Shown here piece after piece: positions 26,882 through 28,471 of a stretch of 28,471 nucleotides of DNA. The position numbers and the translations under genes were made by a program. The notes beneath the pieces are model-generated. The model saw only the letters and a list, made by a program, of their open reading frames with translations, searched no databases and had not been told where the DNA came from. Within the stretch, counting starts at the first letter, position 1; every line of letters begins with the position of its first letter. The stretch is from a virus (taxonomy: Duplodnaviria > Caudoviricetes). The stretch covers positions 1-28,471 of the IMG/VR virus record IMGVR_UViG_3300043394_000375; one strand, written 5' to 3'.

Positions 26882-26941
26882 ATGTGTTAGCTCACACATG
26901 ATAACTCGGGTCTCCGTAGAAGAAGAGACCCGAGTTATCAT
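26882..26941. repeat. 60-bp palindromic element, copy C
   Basis: ATGTGTTAGCTCACAC ATGATAACTCGGGTCTC-cgtagaagaa-GAGACCCGAGTTATCAT. Confidence 0.95.
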
Positions 26942-27810
26942 CAGCTCTTGGCGATGGCCATTATTTCAGCTGCCGACAGGGACCCCACGGGCTTGCGAGG
27001 GTGCGCAGGGGAGGGCGCACTGTTGCCCTTGGCTCCCGCTTGGGTCTTGCTAACGGCTGCCACCTTCGCGGCATTCCTGGCCCTGGCTTCGGCCTGCAGG
27101 CGTTCAGTCTCCGCCTTCGAGCGCCGGGCCACGACGACGGTGTAGGCATCGTCAAGGTGGATGAACCTCCCCTTGGCCTGCGTGCCCTGGATGAGCTCAG
27201 CCACCTCAGCCTGCATGGCCTCATCGGAAGCGAAGTCAGGATGGGCTTCGATCCAAGAGTCCAGCTCGGCCTCCTTGCGGGCAACAGCCTGGGCCTTGGA
27301 TTCAGCCTCGCGGGCGGCCTTCAAGGGGGCGAGCTCAGCTTCCAGGAGGGCGCGGGCCTCCCTCTGGGCCATTGCCCTCAGGGCGTCAGCGTCCCAGGGG
27401 TCGATTGGCGCTTCAGGCACCTTGGCGGGCCCTGCAGGGAGCGCAGCAGCACGCAGGGCCTTGGCCTCGGCCAGCATCGCTGCGGCCTCCTGTCGCGCCT
27501 GTGCGGCCTCCTGGGCCTTGCGGGTGGCGTCGGCCTGGATCCGCTTGGCATGGGCGGCAAGCTCGCCCTGGCCAGCATCTTCCAGAGCCTTCAGGGATGC
27601 AGCCCAACCGAGCTTGGTGCTCGGTACAGGCCCCACAGGGGTCGGGGGCTCGGCGGGGGCCTCCCCTTCGGGGCTCTCGGACCCTACGGACTCTTCGGAC
27701 TCCACCTGCTCCGCACCGTCGGGGGCTTCGGGAACAGAAGTGTCTTCAGAGGTCGCGGGTTCGGGCATGTCTGCCGCGAGGGCGAGGATATCGGGTCCGG
27801 TGCGGAACAT
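26941..27810 (-). CDS. Capsid scaffolding protein
   Basis: Acidic disordered N-terminus, IQADATRKAQE (a QxDYTRKTQ-like motif) and Ala-rich coiled coil; upstream of the MCP. Confidence 0.8.
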   Translation of the reverse strand: MFRTGPDILALAADMPEPATSEDTSVPEAPDGAEQVESEESVGSESPEGEAPAEPPTPVGPVPSTKLGWAASLKALEDAGQGELAAHAKRIQADATRKAQEAAQARQEAAAMLAEAKALRAAALPAGPAKVPEAPIDPWDADALRAMAQREARALLEAELAPLKAAREAESKAQAVARKEAELDSWIEAHPDFASDEAMQAEVAELIQGTQAKGRFIHLDDAYTVVVARRSKAETERLQAEARARNAAKVAAVSKTQAGAKGNSAPSPAHPRKPVGSLSAAEIMAIAKS

Positions 27811-28305
27811 TCAGATGGCTCCCATGAGGGTTGAACGGCGGTTCATCATCGACTTGGCGGGCTCGACTATCTCATCTTCATCTTCAAGAGGCAGACCTTC
27901 GCCCCTCATGATCAGCTCCTGGGTGTCCTCCTCCTCGGGGAGCTCGACTTCCCCAGCGATGAACTCCATGAAGTCCTCATCGCGGGTCAGCTCTTCGAGC
28001 ATCGAGACGAGCATCATCGGGTTGGTGGACTCAGGGTCAATCGGAGACTCGCCCTTGGACTCTCTGAAGGCGTTCATGGCAGTCAGGGCAACGGCGAAGG
28101 CCTGCATAGCCTGACCACGAGCGATGGCCTCACCGACGATCTTGGACGCCAGGGCAAGCGAGGCGGCTTCGACAGCCTTGCGCTCCGTGGGACGCATCCC
28201 ATCCATCACGGGGCCGAGCTTCTCCATGAGGTCCATCTCGACCTCAACCTCGGCTTCCTTGGCCGCTTCCATGAGCTTAGGCGGGGGTGAGTTCTTGGGC
28301 TGCAT
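27811..28305 (-). CDS. Acidic hypothetical protein (164 aa) between portal and scaffold
   Basis: Start moved to ATG 28305 (SD GAGGTG); the longer start in the ORF track lies inside the portal gene. Confidence 0.7.
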   Translation of the reverse strand: MQPKNSPPPKLMEAAKEAEVEVEMDLMEKLGPVMDGMRPTERKAVEAASLALASKIVGEAIARGQAMQAFAVALTAMNAFRESKGESPIDPESTNPMMLVSMLEELTRDEDFMEFIAGEVELPEEEDTQELIMRGEGLPLEDEDEIVEPAKSMMNRRSTLMGAI

Positions 28306-28471
28306 CAAGGGGCACCTCTTCAGTGGGGACGGGCGTGGGGCGGGCGGGGAGGGCCAAGAAGGCTTCTGGGAGGTTGTAGGCCCGAACCATGGCTTCGAGA
28401 ATCGCGGCGGGTGGGACACCGAGCTGGGCCAGGGTCGGGGTCAGCCGCTCAAGATCCTGGCGCTGCTGGAA
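28277..28471 (-). CDS. Portal protein, 3' end
   Basis: ...QDLERLTPTLAQLGVPPAAILEAMVRAYNLPEAFLALPARPTPVPTEEVPLDAAQELTPA*. Confidence 0.8.
   Translation of the reverse strand, partial: FQQRQDLERLTPTLAQLGVPPAAILEAMVRAYNLPEAFLALPARPTPVPTEEVPLDAAQELTPA
28346..28471. repeat. Terminal direct repeat, copy 2
   Basis: Identical to 24-149. Confidence 0.95.

Noticed and set aside
26796-26941. Mini CRISPR array (two repeats with a 26-bp spacer)
   Set aside because: The 60-bp units with 17-bp perfect arms are atypical for CRISPR repeats, there are no cas genes, and a third copy lies within a CDS

Overview
The window appears to be a complete, circularly assembled tailed-phage genome of about 28,322 bp. 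Positions 24-149 are repeated exactly at 28346-28471, and the portal gene reads through that join. The architecture is podovirus-like and GC-rich, with no recognisable integrase, DNA polymerase, helicase, tRNA or CRISPR array. A long minus-strand arm encodes, in order: a Zn-ribbon/TerS-like protein, a sigma-region-2-like protein, terminase large subunit, portal, an acidic protein, scaffold, major capsid, cement, adaptor, nozzle, three tail proteins, three probable ejection proteins, a holin, small basic proteins and an M15 endolysin. An antisense HNH endonuclease is inserted among the tail genes. A short plus-strand arm (4198-8069) encodes a sigma-region-4-like HTH protein, a large putative replication protein and several small ORFs. 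The most notable signals are: (1) a candidate split or minimal sigma system paired with a recurrent -10-only motif GGTTAYAAT at late-gene junctions; (2) three copies of a 60-bp palindromic element, one in frame inside the putative replication gene, with the 10-bp spacer flipped between copies; (3) RBS-sequestering hairpins, a structured non-coding leader, paralogous membrane micropeptides and a gene cassette flanked by direct repeats. All protein calls come from motif recognition and synteny by eye, not from database searches.
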